Source: Candidatus Saccharimonadota bacterium
GTDB taxonomy: Bacteria; Patescibacteriota; Gracilibacteria; UBA1369; 2-02-FULL-48-14
Reading direction: 5' to 3'
DNA length: 32,000 nucleotides
NCBI GenBank assembly: GCA_016699145.1
Contig: CP064962.1
Coordinates: 1,020,001-1,052,000 of the forward strand
Shown: positions 18,248 to 27,564 of the stretch, in pieces
How positions within the stretch are numbered: the first letter of the stretch is position 1
Layout: the number at the start of each line of letters is the position of its first letter
Notes under the pieces: generated by a model
The model's input: only the letters and a program-made list of their open reading frames with translations
What the model was told of the DNA's origin: nothing
The model's database searches: none
Translations under genes and position numbers: made by a program

Positions 18248-19435
18248 ATGAGTAAAGTCGATGCAGAGGTCCAAAAGGAGCGACACAGAAAGCTCTTTGA
18301 AGGCCAATACCATTCTTGGCTCGGACGTGTTTGGTTCTACACAAAGAGAAGCCTGAAAAAAATCTGGAATGTCCTGACTCCCTCGGCAAAAGTCTGGTCG
18401 GAGTTCACGCATCCTCTGGATCAATGGCCCGCTCCCAAACGTTTGTACACTCAATTGGCTTCTTGGAGTATCGGTCTTTTGGTTTTGACCTCCATCAACG
18501 TCTCCAATGCTGCTTTTGGAGGAGGGGAAGGAGTGGGGCAAGAATACCTCAGCCTTGACGCCACCGCCGTACACATGACGGATGACGAAGGTTACATCAT
18601 CAAAGCCATGCCTTTAGAAGGGGAGGCAACCTTTGACATGAATCGCGCCGAACTTGTGGAACATGAGGTTCAAGAAGGGGAAACGCTTTCCATGATCGCT
18701 TATCGTTACGGCATCAGCATCAGCTCCATTCGCTACGCCAACACCACGCTCGGCAGCAGCGATTATTTGAAAATCGGACAAACCCTCAAAATTCCTCCCA
18801 AAGATGGCATTTATATCACCGTACCTTCAGGAGCCACCCTGGTGTCTCTCATGGACAAGTATAAAGGGAATTTAGACGACACCAAGACCTTCAACAGCAT
18901 TGAAAGTGACGATGACCTCAATTCCGGAGATCAATTGTTCATTGTCGGTGGGAAACCGGAAGTGGTCTACGTGGCAGCGATCAACAGTGGAGCTCGAAGC
19001 ACAGCCGGAGGGTACTCAGCCACAGGCCCCAGTGTGTCTGCTTATGAGATTCCCGCCAACGACTTGGGATGGATTCGTCCCACCATAGGGATCATCACGC
19101 AAGGTTTTAAAGGAGGACATCCCGCTTATGACATCGCTGATCGCAGCAAACCTGACATTTTGGCCGTTATGGCGGGCACAGTGGTGGACACTGGCGAAGG
19201 CTGGTCCGGAGGTTATGGAAATCACGTATGGATCGATCACGGCAATGGCTACAAAACCCACTACGCTCACATGACCGAATTCTATGTGCAAGTCGGGGAC
19301 ACCGTCACTCTAGGACAAGTCATTGGAAAAATGGGAAACACCGGTCGCGTGTATGGAGCCACGGGAATCCACCTCCATTTTGAAATCAGCTACAACGGTA
19401 CGAAAATAAATCCTAGCTTCATGGGGGTATGGTAG
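18248..19435 (+). CDS. LysM domain-containing M23 family metallopeptidase
   Basis: TM helix ([16 protein letters not shown]), LysM motif ([27 protein letters not shown]...[10 protein letters not shown]) and M23 motifs ([33 protein letters not shown]). ATG 18248 is preferred over 18194, which lies inside the IS end. Confidence 0.85.
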   Translation: MSKVDAEVQKERHRKLFEGQYHSWLGRVWFYTKRSLKKIWNVLTPSAKVWSEFTHPLDQWPAPKRLYTQLASWSIGLLVLTSINVSNAAFGGGEGVGQEYLSLDATAVHMTDDEGYIIKAMPLEGEATFDMNRAELVEHEVQEGETLSMIAYRYGISISSIRYANTTLGSSDYLKIGQTLKIPPKDGIYITVPSGATLVSLMDKYKGNLDDTKTFNSIESDDDLNSGDQLFIVGGKPEVVYVAAINSGARSTAGGYSATGPSVSAYEIPANDLGWIRPTIGIITQGFKGGHPAYDIADRSKPDILAVMAGTVVDTGEGWSGGYGNHVWIDHGNGYKTHYAHMTEFYVQVGDTVTLGQVIGKMGNTGRVYGATGIHLHFEISYNGTKINPSFMGVW

Positions 19436-19689
19436 GCCGCTGGAACCCTCTGCACTGGCCCGCCCTCCTCGCCATTCTGCTCGTCGGGCTGTACCAAAAG
19501 ACTCTTTCACCAGATCATTCTTGGCTGCGCCACCTTTTCCCAGGAGGCTTTTGTCGCTTCACGCCCAGTTGCAGCATGTACACGCGTCTTGCTCTTGAAA
19601 AATACGGTTTTATTCGCGGCTCGGCAAAAGGCTTGTGGCGTATTCTTCGCTGCAACCCCTGGAGCAAAGGAGGATTGGATTTACCTTGA
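19429..19689 (+). CDS. yidD: membrane protein insertion efficiency factor YidD
   Basis: YQKTLSP...[37 protein letters not shown] is the YidD signature. Overlaps the M23 stop by 7 nt. Confidence 0.85.
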   Translation: MVGRWNPLHWPALLAILLVGLYQKTLSPDHSWLRHLFPGGFCRFTPSCSMYTRLALEKYGFIRGSAKGLWRILRCNPWSKGGLDLP

Positions 19690-19749
19690 GCCCTTGACCA
19701 AAACAGGCCTTCTGGTTAAGCTCTCCCAGGTTTGTCCAATTAAACTACT

Positions 19750-21321
19750 ATGGATTCTGACCTTCAAAACGTTCGCCCCATTCAGCGCGCCCTTTTAAGT
19801 GTGTCTGACAAAACCGGCCTCGTAGAACTCGCCACTGCCCTGCACGAGCACGGCACCGAGCTGCTTTCCACCGGTGGAACCGCCAAGGCTCTCAAAGACG
19901 CCGGCCTTCCTGTAAAAGATGTGTCTGAGTATACGGGCTTTCCTGAAATGATGGGGGGACGCGTGAAAACCTTACACCCTAAAGTGCATGGAGGACTTTT
20001 GATGCGCCGGGGAGAAGACGACGAAATAGCGGCCCAAAACGGCATCCAAGAAATCGACATGGTGGTGATCAACCTTTACCCTTTTGAAGAGACCATTGCA
20101 AAGGAAGGGGTAACCGAACCCGAAGCCATTGAACAGATCGATATTGGAGGCCCTTCTATGCTTCGTAGCGCTGCTAAAAATTTCAAGTGGGTGGCTTCCG
20201 TCAGCGATATAAAAGACTACCCAGCGCTCATCACCGAACTCAAAAAAGAAGGAGGGCTGAGTTTTGAAACCCGCCGACGTTTAGCCCTCAATGTCTTCGA
20301 AAAGACCAGCCGTTACGATTTAGCCATTGCAGATTACCTGCGCTACAAGGGAGAACCAGTGGAGCTCCTCGATTTGCATTATGAAAAAGTGATGAAGCTT
20401 CGTTATGGAGAAAATCCCCATCAAAAGGCGGCTTTTTTCCGTGATCCCTCCGACACTTTCCCCAATGTGACCAATGCCAAGGTTTTGCAAGGAAAAGAAC
20501 TGTCTTACAACAACATTGTGGATGCCGATGCAGCACTCGAACTTGTCAAAGATTTTGACAAGCCTGCCGCCGCAGTCATTAAACATACAAACCCCTGTGG
20601 TGCTGCTACCGCTGACAACATTGAGGCAGCCTTTGAAGAGGCCCACAGCGTGGACCCTATGGCGGCCTTCGGATGTGTGATTGCCCTCAACCAAACCTGC
20701 ACAAAAACCGTGGCCCAGTATATCCTCGACAAGAAACTCTTCGTCGAAATCATCATTGCTCCCAGCTTTGATCCTGGCGCTCGCGAATTGCTCGCGGCCA
20801 AAACCAATTTGCGCCTGCTCGAAACCGGTGAACTCCGTAAAAACCCAAACCAACGCCACATTCGTTCCGTGTCCGGCGGACTGCTCATACAAACTTCAGA
20901 CGAAACCATTGTTGGAGAAAAAGATCTACAAACCGTCACCGACCGAAAACCCACAGAGGACGAAATTGAAGAGATGCTTTTTGCTCGCGTACTCGTGAAA
21001 CACGTCAAATCCAACGCCGTGGTCTTTGCCAAAAAGAACAGTCATGGCGGCTGCACTACCACGGGAATTGGGGCTGGACAAATGTCTCGCGTCGACAGTG
21101 TGATCATTGCAAAACGCAAGGGCGGGGAACGCATTCCTGGCTCTGTCATGGCCTCCGACGCTTTCTTTCCTTTTCCCGATGCGGTGGAAGAAGCCAAAGC
21201 CGCAGGAGCGCAGGCCATCGTCCAACCCGGCGGTTCCATGCGCGACGCTGAAGTCATTGCCAAAGCCAACGAACTTGGCATGACCATGGTGTTCAGCGGC
21301 ATTCGAAGTTTTAGACATTAG
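19750..21321 (+). CDS. purH: bifunctional AICAR transformylase / IMP cyclohydrolase PurH
   Basis: N-terminal MGS-like IMPCH domain ([36 protein letters not shown]) and AICARFT domain ([17 protein letters not shown]). Native-looking C-terminus ...GIRSFRH followed by TAG. Confidence 0.95.
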   Translation: MDSDLQNVRPIQRALLSVSDKTGLVELATALHEHGTELLSTGGTAKALKDAGLPVKDVSEYTGFPEMMGGRVKTLHPKVHGGLLMRRGEDDEIAAQNGIQEIDMVVINLYPFEETIAKEGVTEPEAIEQIDIGGPSMLRSAAKNFKWVASVSDIKDYPALITELKKEGGLSFETRRRLALNVFEKTSRYDLAIADYLRYKGEPVELLDLHYEKVMKLRYGENPHQKAAFFRDPSDTFPNVTNAKVLQGKELSYNNIVDADAALELVKDFDKPAAAVIKHTNPCGAATADNIEAAFEEAHSVDPMAAFGCVIALNQTCTKTVAQYILDKKLFVEIIIAPSFDPGARELLAAKTNLRLLETGELRKNPNQRHIRSVSGGLLIQTSDETIVGEKDLQTVTDRKPTEDEIEEMLFARVLVKHVKSNAVVFAKKNSHGGCTTTGIGAGQMSRVDSVIIAKRKGGERIPGSVMASDAFFPFPDAVEEAKAAGAQAIVQPGGSMRDAEVIAKANELGMTMVFSGIRSFRH

Positions 21322-21385
21322 GAAATCAATAGTAGGCCTTCATTTAAAATCGTGCTAAAGTAGAAACACTTCTTATCTACGCCCC

Positions 21386-21742
21386 ATGAAAAGAACACTC
21401 TCCCTTCTTACGCTTAGCCTTCTGCTGCTGAGTGCTTGTTCTTCTGGAAAAGACAAGTCCACCGATCCAAATTCAGATTCTACTCAGGAATCCAACCGAG
21501 AAAATTCTGAAAACGAAAGCGAGGCCACGACACTTGCGACCAAAGAAAAATCTTGCAAAGATTCCGGCGGAAGCTTCAAAAATGGGACCTGCACCTGTCC
21601 TTCCGACACCTACGGACCCGATGACACCCTCATTTACACCTACAATTCCAAGACCGGTCACTGCGAGGATCCCGATGGCGCTCCCGGAGGCATTTTAGGA
21701 GAGGATGGAAAAGGGGCTCTGCTTGACCCCAAAGATTTATGA
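21386..21742 (+). CDS. small secreted lipoprotein, function unknown
   Basis: Signal peptide with lipobox LLSAC. Low-complexity S/N/E-rich linker, then a Cys-containing C-terminal region. ATGA overlap with the next gene. Confidence 0.6.
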   Translation: MKRTLSLLTLSLLLLSACSSGKDKSTDPNSDSTQESNRENSENESEATTLATKEKSCKDSGGSFKNGTCTCPSDTYGPDDTLIYTYNSKTGHCEDPDGAPGGILGEDGKGALLDPKDL

Positions 21743-22272
21743 AAAAAATCCTTCACTTTTTCTTGATTTTTTCATTACTCGCTTCAAGCGCAATGTTGTC
21801 TACGCCGCGTGCGCAGGCCTGCAGTTGTGTGAGACCCGGCACCCCCGCTGAGGAACTCGAAGCATCCGACGTTGTGTTCAGTGGACAAGTGGTGGGCATC
21901 GACCATGCCACTTATGGCTACGACGTAACTTTACAGGTTCATGAGTCTTGGAAAGGGGAAGTGAAAGGGAAAATCACAGTGCACACGGGCATGGGAGGAG
22001 GAGACTGCGGCTTCAATTTTGAGCAAGGAAAGGACTATTTGGTTTATGCTTCTCAATCTGATGAAAACTACGGAGTGAGCATCTGTGGCCTCACCGGTCT
22101 CCTCGCGGATTCCGACACCGAAAGTCTGGGTATAGGACAAATCTTGACTCAAGAAGAGGATGCAGCACTCAAAAAAATGAACAAGGGGCTCATGACGGGT
22201 GCTGCGGTACTGACCCTCGTACTCTTCGGCACGCTCGGGGTCCTTTATGCTCCTAAAAAAGGGCAAAAGTAA
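21739..22272 (+). CDS. secreted TIMP/NTR-like (OB-fold) protein with C-terminal TM anchor
   Basis: Signal peptide ending AQA. The mature N-terminus CSCVRPGTPAEELEASDVVFSGQVVG parallels the TIMP N-domain start (C-x-C-x-x-P...SD.V..G.V.G). Later Cys residues lie in GGGDCGFNF and SICGL. C-terminal helix GAAVLTLVLFGTLGVLY. Confidence 0.55.
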   Translation: MKKILHFFLIFSLLASSAMLSTPRAQACSCVRPGTPAEELEASDVVFSGQVVGIDHATYGYDVTLQVHESWKGEVKGKITVHTGMGGGDCGFNFEQGKDYLVYASQSDENYGVSICGLTGLLADSDTESLGIGQILTQEEDAALKKMNKGLMTGAAVLTLVLFGTLGVLYAPKKGQK

Positions 22273-22287
22273 CTTTAACCCTGCCGC

Positions 22288-23019
22288 ATGTCACTGTTTG
22301 ATGCCTGCCTGCTCGGCCTCCTGCAAGGAATCACGGAATTCTTGCCCATTTCTTCATCGGGCCACCTTGTTGTGGCGGAAACATTACTGGGATTGCACGT
22401 GGATGGACTTAAGGACTTCGATGTGGCGCTTCACGTGGGGACTCTTTTGGCGATTCTCGTTTATTTCCGCAAAGATCTACTCAATTTCAAATGGTGGCCT
22501 TGGCTCATTTTAGGAAGCGTTCCTGCCGCTCTCATTGGTTTCACCCTAGAGGATCAAATCGATGCCCTGTTTAGAAGCGCTTCTTCTGTGGCGATACTGA
22601 TGATCCTTGTTGGGCTTTTATTTTTTATTCCACAGCGTCGCGAGGATCGCCCACTCACCTGGTGGAGAGCTCTACTCATGGGTTGCGGACAGGCCATAGC
22701 GATCATTCCAGGGGTTTCACGGAGCGGAGCGACCATCTTTACTGGCATGCAACTCGGCCTCAAGCGTGAAGATGCAGCTCGATTTTCTTTTTTACTCGGA
22801 TCCATTGCCATTGCGGGAGCAGGTCTCCTAAAAGCCCTGGACACAGCCCAGCTCAGCATTGCTCCTCCCATTCTGCTGGCAGCTTTGCTCTCAGCCTTTT
22901 TCTCCAGCTTACTCGTCGCCAGCTGGCTCATGAAATTCTTAAAAAAACATTCCTTCAGAGCATTCGGAATTTACCGTATTATTTTCGGAATCACTTTGCT
23001 CTGTATTCTGAATTTCTAA
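22288..23019 (+). CDS. uppP: undecaprenyl-diphosphate phosphatase UppP/BacA
   Basis: GLLQGITEFLPISSSGH and IPGVSRSGATI signature motifs in a polytopic membrane protein. Confidence 0.9.
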   Translation: MSLFDACLLGLLQGITEFLPISSSGHLVVAETLLGLHVDGLKDFDVALHVGTLLAILVYFRKDLLNFKWWPWLILGSVPAALIGFTLEDQIDALFRSASSVAILMILVGLLFFIPQRREDRPLTWWRALLMGCGQAIAIIPGVSRSGATIFTGMQLGLKREDAARFSFLLGSIAIAGAGLLKALDTAQLSIAPPILLAALLSAFFSSLLVASWLMKFLKKHSFRAFGIYRIIFGITLLCILNF

Positions 23020-23088
23020 AACAGCCAGATTCATAGACATTGAATAAGGTGTTTGCTACAATCACCAAAACTTAACGACTTGCACGGC

Positions 23089-24117
23089 ATGTCCACCTCT
23101 ATTTCTGATTATACAATTGCCACCCTTGGAAGTCACACGGCCCTACAAATCCTAAAAGGGGCAAAAGACGAGGGCTTTAAAACGATGGCCATCATCACGC
23201 CCGAAACCAGACGCGTTTTCGAAAGTTTTCCAGTAGCCGACGAACTCATTGAAATTCCTAGTTTTGCCGATTATTTTCAAATTGAAGATCAACTCATTGC
23301 TAAAAATGCCATTGTGATTCCGCATGGGTCTTTTGTGAGCTATGTAGGAGTAGAAAATGTTGCAGCAAGAATGAAAGCGATGTACTACGGCTCCAGAGGA
23401 ATTTTACGTTGGGAGTCGGACCGCACCATGGAACGTGTATGGCTTAAAGATGCAGGTCTCAACCTGCCGAAAGTCTTCAAAACACCCGAAGAAATCGACC
23501 GTCCTGTGATTGTTAAATTTCACGGAGCCAAGGGAGGGTTCGGTTATTTTATTGCTAAATCTCCTGAAGAATTCCGGGAGCGCATCAAAGAATTTCCAGG
23601 AGAAAACGACTATGCCATCCAAGAGTACATTGTAGGAGTGCCCATGTATGTGCACTATTTCTATTCCCATTTGAACAATGAGCTAGAGATCATGAGTTTC
23701 GATAAACGTTACGAATCCAATGCCGACTCTATCGGGCGTATTGCAGCTAAAGACCAAATAGAAGCTGGAATCCGCACCAGCTAGACCATTACTGGAAACA
23801 TGCCCATCGTAGTGCGTGAATCCATGCTTCCCATGTTCTTCCGAATTGGCGAACAGGTCATCCAAAGTTCTCGAAAGCTAGAAGGAGCACCGAAAGGGCT
23901 CTTCGGTCCATTCTGTTTGGAAGGCATCATCGATCCCAACCTCCATTTCCGCGTCTTCGAAATTTCCGCCCGCATTGTGGCCGGAACCAATCCTTATATA
24001 GAAGGCTCCCCTTACACAGCGCTTCGCTATAAAGAGCCCATGTCCACGGGCCGCCGCCTGGCTCGTGAGCTCAAACAGGCTATAGAATCCGGTCGTTTGA
24101 CCGAGCTTTTGAGTTGA
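23089..24117 (+). pseudogene. purP: archaeal-type FAICAR synthetase PurP homologue interrupted by one in-frame TAG (23782-23784)
   Basis: IATLGSHTALQILKGAKDEGF, PHGSFVSY, ILRWESDR, VKFHGAKGGFGYF, FDKRYESN and PFCLEG motifs of PurP (ATP-grasp). ORFs 23089-23784 and 23800-24117 are in the same frame and are colinear across the stop with the paralogue at 25670-26872. Confidence 0.75.
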
Positions 24118-24178
24118 AATAGGCCTTTCATATCAATCTGATCTACAGGAGGCCATTTTAGCGTATAAAGAAATATAT

Positions 24179-24207
24179 TTGACAAACAATCAACTAAGAT
24201 GTATAGT
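24179..24207 (+). promoter_or_regulatory. near-consensus sigma70-type promoter of the SLH protein gene
   Basis: TTGACA (24179-24184), a 17-nt spacer, then TATAGT (24202-24207). This lies 25 nt upstream of ATG 24232. Confidence 0.6.
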
Positions 24208-24231
24208 CATCTCCTTTTTTCTAATTTCTCT

Positions 24232-25584
24232 ATGAAAAAGCTCAAATTCCTTATTCTTGTAACGGTGGCCACCAGCCTCCTTGCAAACTCACTCACTGGA
24301 GTGCGTTCATCCACCGACAGCAACCTCGATGAGGCCAATGTTGAATTCAAATACGTCTTCACCGATGGCGACCAAGCCAGGAATGTGAGCGACGAAGCGG
24401 AAGACAACGACGGTCAAACCTTTGTGGCTTTCGACGACCAAGATGAAGACACTCAATATCTTTACTTAGGTTCTGAAGATCCCTTCAACGAAGCCATCTT
24501 CTTGATTGAAGAAGGCATTGAAGTGGACGCAGACGAAGACCTCGACATCACTTGGGAATACTCCACCTCCAGCGACTGGAGAACTCTCGAACTCGACCGC
24601 GATGAAGTGGATGAATTCGACGACGATGGGACTTTCAAAATTGAATTCGACCCAGCTTCTTCATGGAGAGAAACCGAAGTGGAAGACAAAGAGGCTTACT
24701 GGATTCGCGTGAAGATAGAAGGGGAAGTGGATCAAGGAGTGACCATCGATCAAATTTCTGGAGTGGCTTACAACATCTCTGTGACGGTGACCGATCAAAA
24801 CGGAAACTTCCTCACAGATTTGGATGAAGACAACTTCCGTCTCTACGACATCTCTGACGATAAAATCTACGAATGGACCAACAATGGTAAGGGTGAATAC
24901 GAATTCGCAGTGAACAATGAAAACGACGACAGTTTCCTCTTTGTGGTGGACGTTAAAGATTACAGCGAATACGGAATCAATGTGGTGGAATTCAGCGGTG
25001 AAGCACTTGCTTACAAGATTCAACTCACCCTCGACACCGGATGCAACGCTCCGTTTGTAGACCTCGATTACCACTGGGCTCAAACCGCCGTGGAACTGCT
25101 CTACTGTCGTGGAATCATTGAAGGAGAAGGAAGCAATCTTTATGGAGTGAACCACAGCGTGACTCGTGCCGAATTCCTCAAGATGGCCATGATGAACGCA
25201 GACATCAATACGTCTCGTTACGAGAATGTAAACATCCCTTATGGAGATGTGGATGAAGACGAATGGTACTACGAATACGTAGCTGCAGCCTACAGGATGG
25301 ATGTGATCGACGGTGCCCATGCTTACTTCCCTGAAGGAGAAATCTCTCGTGTGGAAGCCCTCACTATTCTCGTTCGTATGACAGGAATGGAAGGCGACAA
25401 GTCCGCAACTCGCTTCTCGGACGTGAAGGCCAGCGAATGGTATGCAGCCACCGTGCGTCTCGCAACCGACTACGAAGTGGTTGAAGGATATCCCGACGGC
25501 ACCTTCAAACCCGATCGCAAGCTCTCTCGTTCCGAAGCGGCGATGATGACCAACAACGCGTACAACGCTTGGTACCAAAACTAA
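24232..25584 (+). CDS. SLH-domain surface (S-layer-like) protein with highly acidic N-terminal region
   Basis: Signal peptide MKKLKFLILVTVATSLLANS. D/E-rich region of ~270 aa. Three C-terminal SLH-like repeats (FVDLDYHWAQTAVELLYCRGIIEG; YGDVDEDEWYYEYVAAAYRMDVIDG; FSDVKASEWYAATVRLATDYEVVEGYPDGTFKPD). Confidence 0.85.
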   Translation: MKKLKFLILVTVATSLLANSLTGVRSSTDSNLDEANVEFKYVFTDGDQARNVSDEAEDNDGQTFVAFDDQDEDTQYLYLGSEDPFNEAIFLIEEGIEVDADEDLDITWEYSTSSDWRTLELDRDEVDEFDDDGTFKIEFDPASSWRETEVEDKEAYWIRVKIEGEVDQGVTIDQISGVAYNISVTVTDQNGNFLTDLDEDNFRLYDISDDKIYEWTNNGKGEYEFAVNNENDDSFLFVVDVKDYSEYGINVVEFSGEALAYKIQLTLDTGCNAPFVDLDYHWAQTAVELLYCRGIIEGEGSNLYGVNHSVTRAEFLKMAMMNADINTSRYENVNIPYGDVDEDEWYYEYVAAAYRMDVIDGAHAYFPEGEISRVEALTILVRMTGMEGDKSATRFSDVKASEWYAATVRLATDYEVVEGYPDGTFKPDRKLSRSEAAMMTNNAYNAWYQN

Positions 25585-25596
25585 GAATCATAAAAA

Positions 25597-25620
25597 GGGC
25601 TCCGAAAGGGGCTCTTTTTT
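25597..25620 (+). terminator. rho-independent terminator after the SLH gene
   Basis: GGGCTCC-GAAA-GGGGCTC forms a 7-bp stem (including two G:U pairs) with a GAAA tetraloop, followed by TTTTTT. Confidence 0.65.
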
Positions 25621-25669
25621 CTTACTCAAAAAAGCTGTATTCTAAAGCCCCCTTTTCAAACCCTTCCCA

Positions 25670-26872
25670 ATGCTGAACATTCCTGAAGTACTGGCCTCCT
25701 ACAACCTCAAAGAAATCACCATTGGTGTACTGGGGGGGCACAGCGCCCTGGAAGTATGTGAAGGGGCTAAAAAATTAGGATTTCAGACCCTCGTCGTAGC
25801 GCAAAAAGGACGCGAAAAGACTTATGAAAAATACTACCGCACTCGTACGCACGGGGCGCAGCAAAGTGCCAATCGAGAAGTGGGTTGCGTGGATCATCTC
25901 ATCACTCTCGATAAGTTCGCCGACATCGTAAAACCCGAAGTTCAAGAAGAACTCCGCGGCCGGAGCACGATCTTTGTACACAACCGTTATTTTTGGGTTT
26001 ACTGCGACTTCAACGCCATTGAAAACGACTTCAATGTGCCCATCTATGGCACTCGCCACCTTGTGCGTCTCGAAGAACGCGACCAACCGAACAATCAATA
26101 TGTACTCCTTGAAAAAGCTGGCATTCGTATTCCTAAAATCATACGCACCGGGGAGGCCACTGTGACTGGCGACGCACTCAAAACCGTACTCGACCAGCAT
26201 TTCGACACCAATAGAGGAGGGCCCATCATCGTGAAAGTGAACGAAGCAACCCGCACTTACGAACGCGCCTTCTTTGTGGCCGTCAGCACGGGTGACTTCG
26301 AAAAAAAATCCAAAGAAATGATTGCCAGCGGCAAAATCACGGAGGAAGGACTCAACAAAGCGGTGATTGAAGAATTCATCATCGGGGCTCAAGTGAATCT
26401 CAATTTTTTCTACTCACCCATCACGGGCGAACTCGAGTTGATGGGCACCGACATGCGTCGCCAAACCAGCCTCGATGGCTTTTTGCGCCTTAATGCCGAC
26501 GTCCAAAACGAACTGCTCAGTTCAGGCTACCAGTCCAGCATGGTGGAAACCGGACACGTTTCGGTGACCATGAAAGAATCCTTGCTCGAAAAAGCCTTCG
26601 ACATCGGGGAAAAATTTGTAAAAGCCTCTCAAGAAAATGCAGCCCCTGGCATACTCGGACCCTTCGCTTTGCAAGGGGCAGTCGCCGCCGAAAATGGACG
26701 TGAAGAATTTGTGATTTTTGATGTTTCCATGCGCATTCCCGGTTCACCTGGCACGCGTTTCACACCTTATACCAGTTACCTTTGGGGACGCTCCATGAGT
26801 TTTGGCGAACGCATCGCCCTCGACATCAAAGAAGCCCTCGACAGCGGACGACTGAGTGAGATTGTGACTTAA
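25670..26872 (+). CDS. PurP-family ATP-grasp protein (divergent FAICAR synthetase paralogue)
   Basis: 400-aa ORF colinear with the PurP homologue at 23089-24117 (GGHSALEV..GAKKLGF, YGTRHLVRLEERD, FFYSPITGELELMGTDMR, GPFALQG, IFDVSMRIPG, RIALDIKEALDSGRLSEI), with extra insertions. Confidence 0.8.
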   Translation: MLNIPEVLASYNLKEITIGVLGGHSALEVCEGAKKLGFQTLVVAQKGREKTYEKYYRTRTHGAQQSANREVGCVDHLITLDKFADIVKPEVQEELRGRSTIFVHNRYFWVYCDFNAIENDFNVPIYGTRHLVRLEERDQPNNQYVLLEKAGIRIPKIIRTGEATVTGDALKTVLDQHFDTNRGGPIIVKVNEATRTYERAFFVAVSTGDFEKKSKEMIASGKITEEGLNKAVIEEFIIGAQVNLNFFYSPITGELELMGTDMRRQTSLDGFLRLNADVQNELLSSGYQSSMVETGHVSVTMKESLLEKAFDIGEKFVKASQENAAPGILGPFALQGAVAAENGREEFVIFDVSMRIPGSPGTRFTPYTSYLWGRSMSFGERIALDIKEALDSGRLSEIVT

Positions 26873-27252
26873 GCGTTCAAGGCCCGTACCAAACGTTCGT
26901 CAAAAGTGAGCACTTTTGCTTCAAGATTTTTTGCTAAAACCAAAAGCGATATATCCACAAAAGAAAGTTTATGAGGTGAAAGTTCTTCAAAAAGAGCGAC
27001 ACTTTCTTCGAAATATTCTTCGTCCATTTTTAAAAGTTGAATTCCAGAATCTTCTGAAAGGAGGATCTCACTCAGTTGAATTGCCTCCTTCGAAGAAAAT
27101 CGTGACGTCATGAGTGTGAGTAGTTCTTGATACACTAAAAAAGAAACAAAATGAGGCTCTTCTGCACTAGATTTAAAAATATGACGCGCCTTTTTATGAA
27201 GAGAATCGACTGAATTGAAATAAGCGAAAATAAAAGAAGTATCAAGAATCAC
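26869..27252 (-). CDS. vapC: PIN-domain toxin (VapC-like)
   Basis: N-terminal ILDTSFIFAYF (first acidic PIN residue), SFVDISLLVLA and LTFDERL motifs. The GTG start overlaps the antitoxin stop (GTGA). Confidence 0.8.
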   Translation of the reverse strand: MILDTSFIFAYFNSVDSLHKKARHIFKSSAEEPHFVSFLVYQELLTLMTSRFSSKEAIQLSEILLSEDSGIQLLKMDEEYFEESVALFEELSPHKLSFVDISLLVLAKNLEAKVLTFDERLVRALNA

Positions 27253-27485
27253 CAGTCTTTTGGGTAAACAATTTCATCAATACGCTGTGAAATAGTAGGA
27301 TCATCACCCCAAGCAAAAGTAGGCATCTCAGCCAAGGATTTTCTTTTTTTCAATTGTTTTTTGACTTCCTTCTCAGTCAAATCTCGAATCCAAGCGGCCA
27401 TTGGTTTTTCTTCTTGAGCAGCCAAAACTTTGATCTGCATATAGAGCATTTTTGGAAAATAAACTTGTGCAGCCTGTTGTCGCAT
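27249..27485 (-). CDS. ribbon-helix-helix (CopG-like) antitoxin
   Basis: VYFPKMLYMQIKVLAAQEEKPMAAWIRDLTEKEV fits a beta-strand/helix/helix RHH layout. Start chosen at ATG 27485 (MRQQAAQ...). Coupled to the PIN gene. Confidence 0.6.
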   Translation of the reverse strand: MRQQAAQVYFPKMLYMQIKVLAAQEEKPMAAWIRDLTEKEVKKQLKKRKSLAEMPTFAWGDDPTISQRIDEIVYPKDW

Positions 27486-27564
27486 AAATACTGTTACATG
27501 TACAGTTAACAGTATAGATTGAAAGGCAATAAAAAACAAGCCTTTTTAAAACAACAATCCTCCC

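Noticed and set aside
19690-19749. ZTP or purine riboswitch upstream of purH (and upstream of purP at 23020-23088 and 25621-25669)
   Set aside because: The leaders are only ~50-70 nt, and I could not find the conserved ZTP (pfl) or purine-riboswitch core sequences.
23040-23067. Possible promoter TTGAAT ... TACAAT upstream of purP
   Set aside because: The spacer between the hexamers is only ~11 nt, incompatible with a sigma70-type promoter.
23782-23784. Possibility that TAG is reassigned as a sense codon in this organism
   Set aside because: TAG terminates purH exactly at its conserved native C-terminus (...GIRSFRH, 21319-21321). It also ends the M23 peptidase (19433-19435) and the 11740-13191 gene, so genome-wide reassignment is unlikely. 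Local readthrough cannot be excluded.
24122-24160. Weak hairpin (GGCCT ... AGGCC followed by ATTTT) after the purP pseudogene as a terminator
   Set aside because: It has only a 5-bp stem with a ~23-nt loop and a poor U-tract, which is not convincing.
24661-25578. 305-aa antisense ORF inside the SLH gene, plus similar long shadow ORFs at 20320-20892, 20505-21032, 25775-26392, 15334-15960, 28126-28728, 9720-10268, 10707-11204 and 7165-7647
   Set aside because: Each lies fully inside, and antisense to or out of frame with, a gene with strong family motifs. Their translations are low-complexity or motif-free. This is typical of stop-codon-poor shadow frames, not independent genes.
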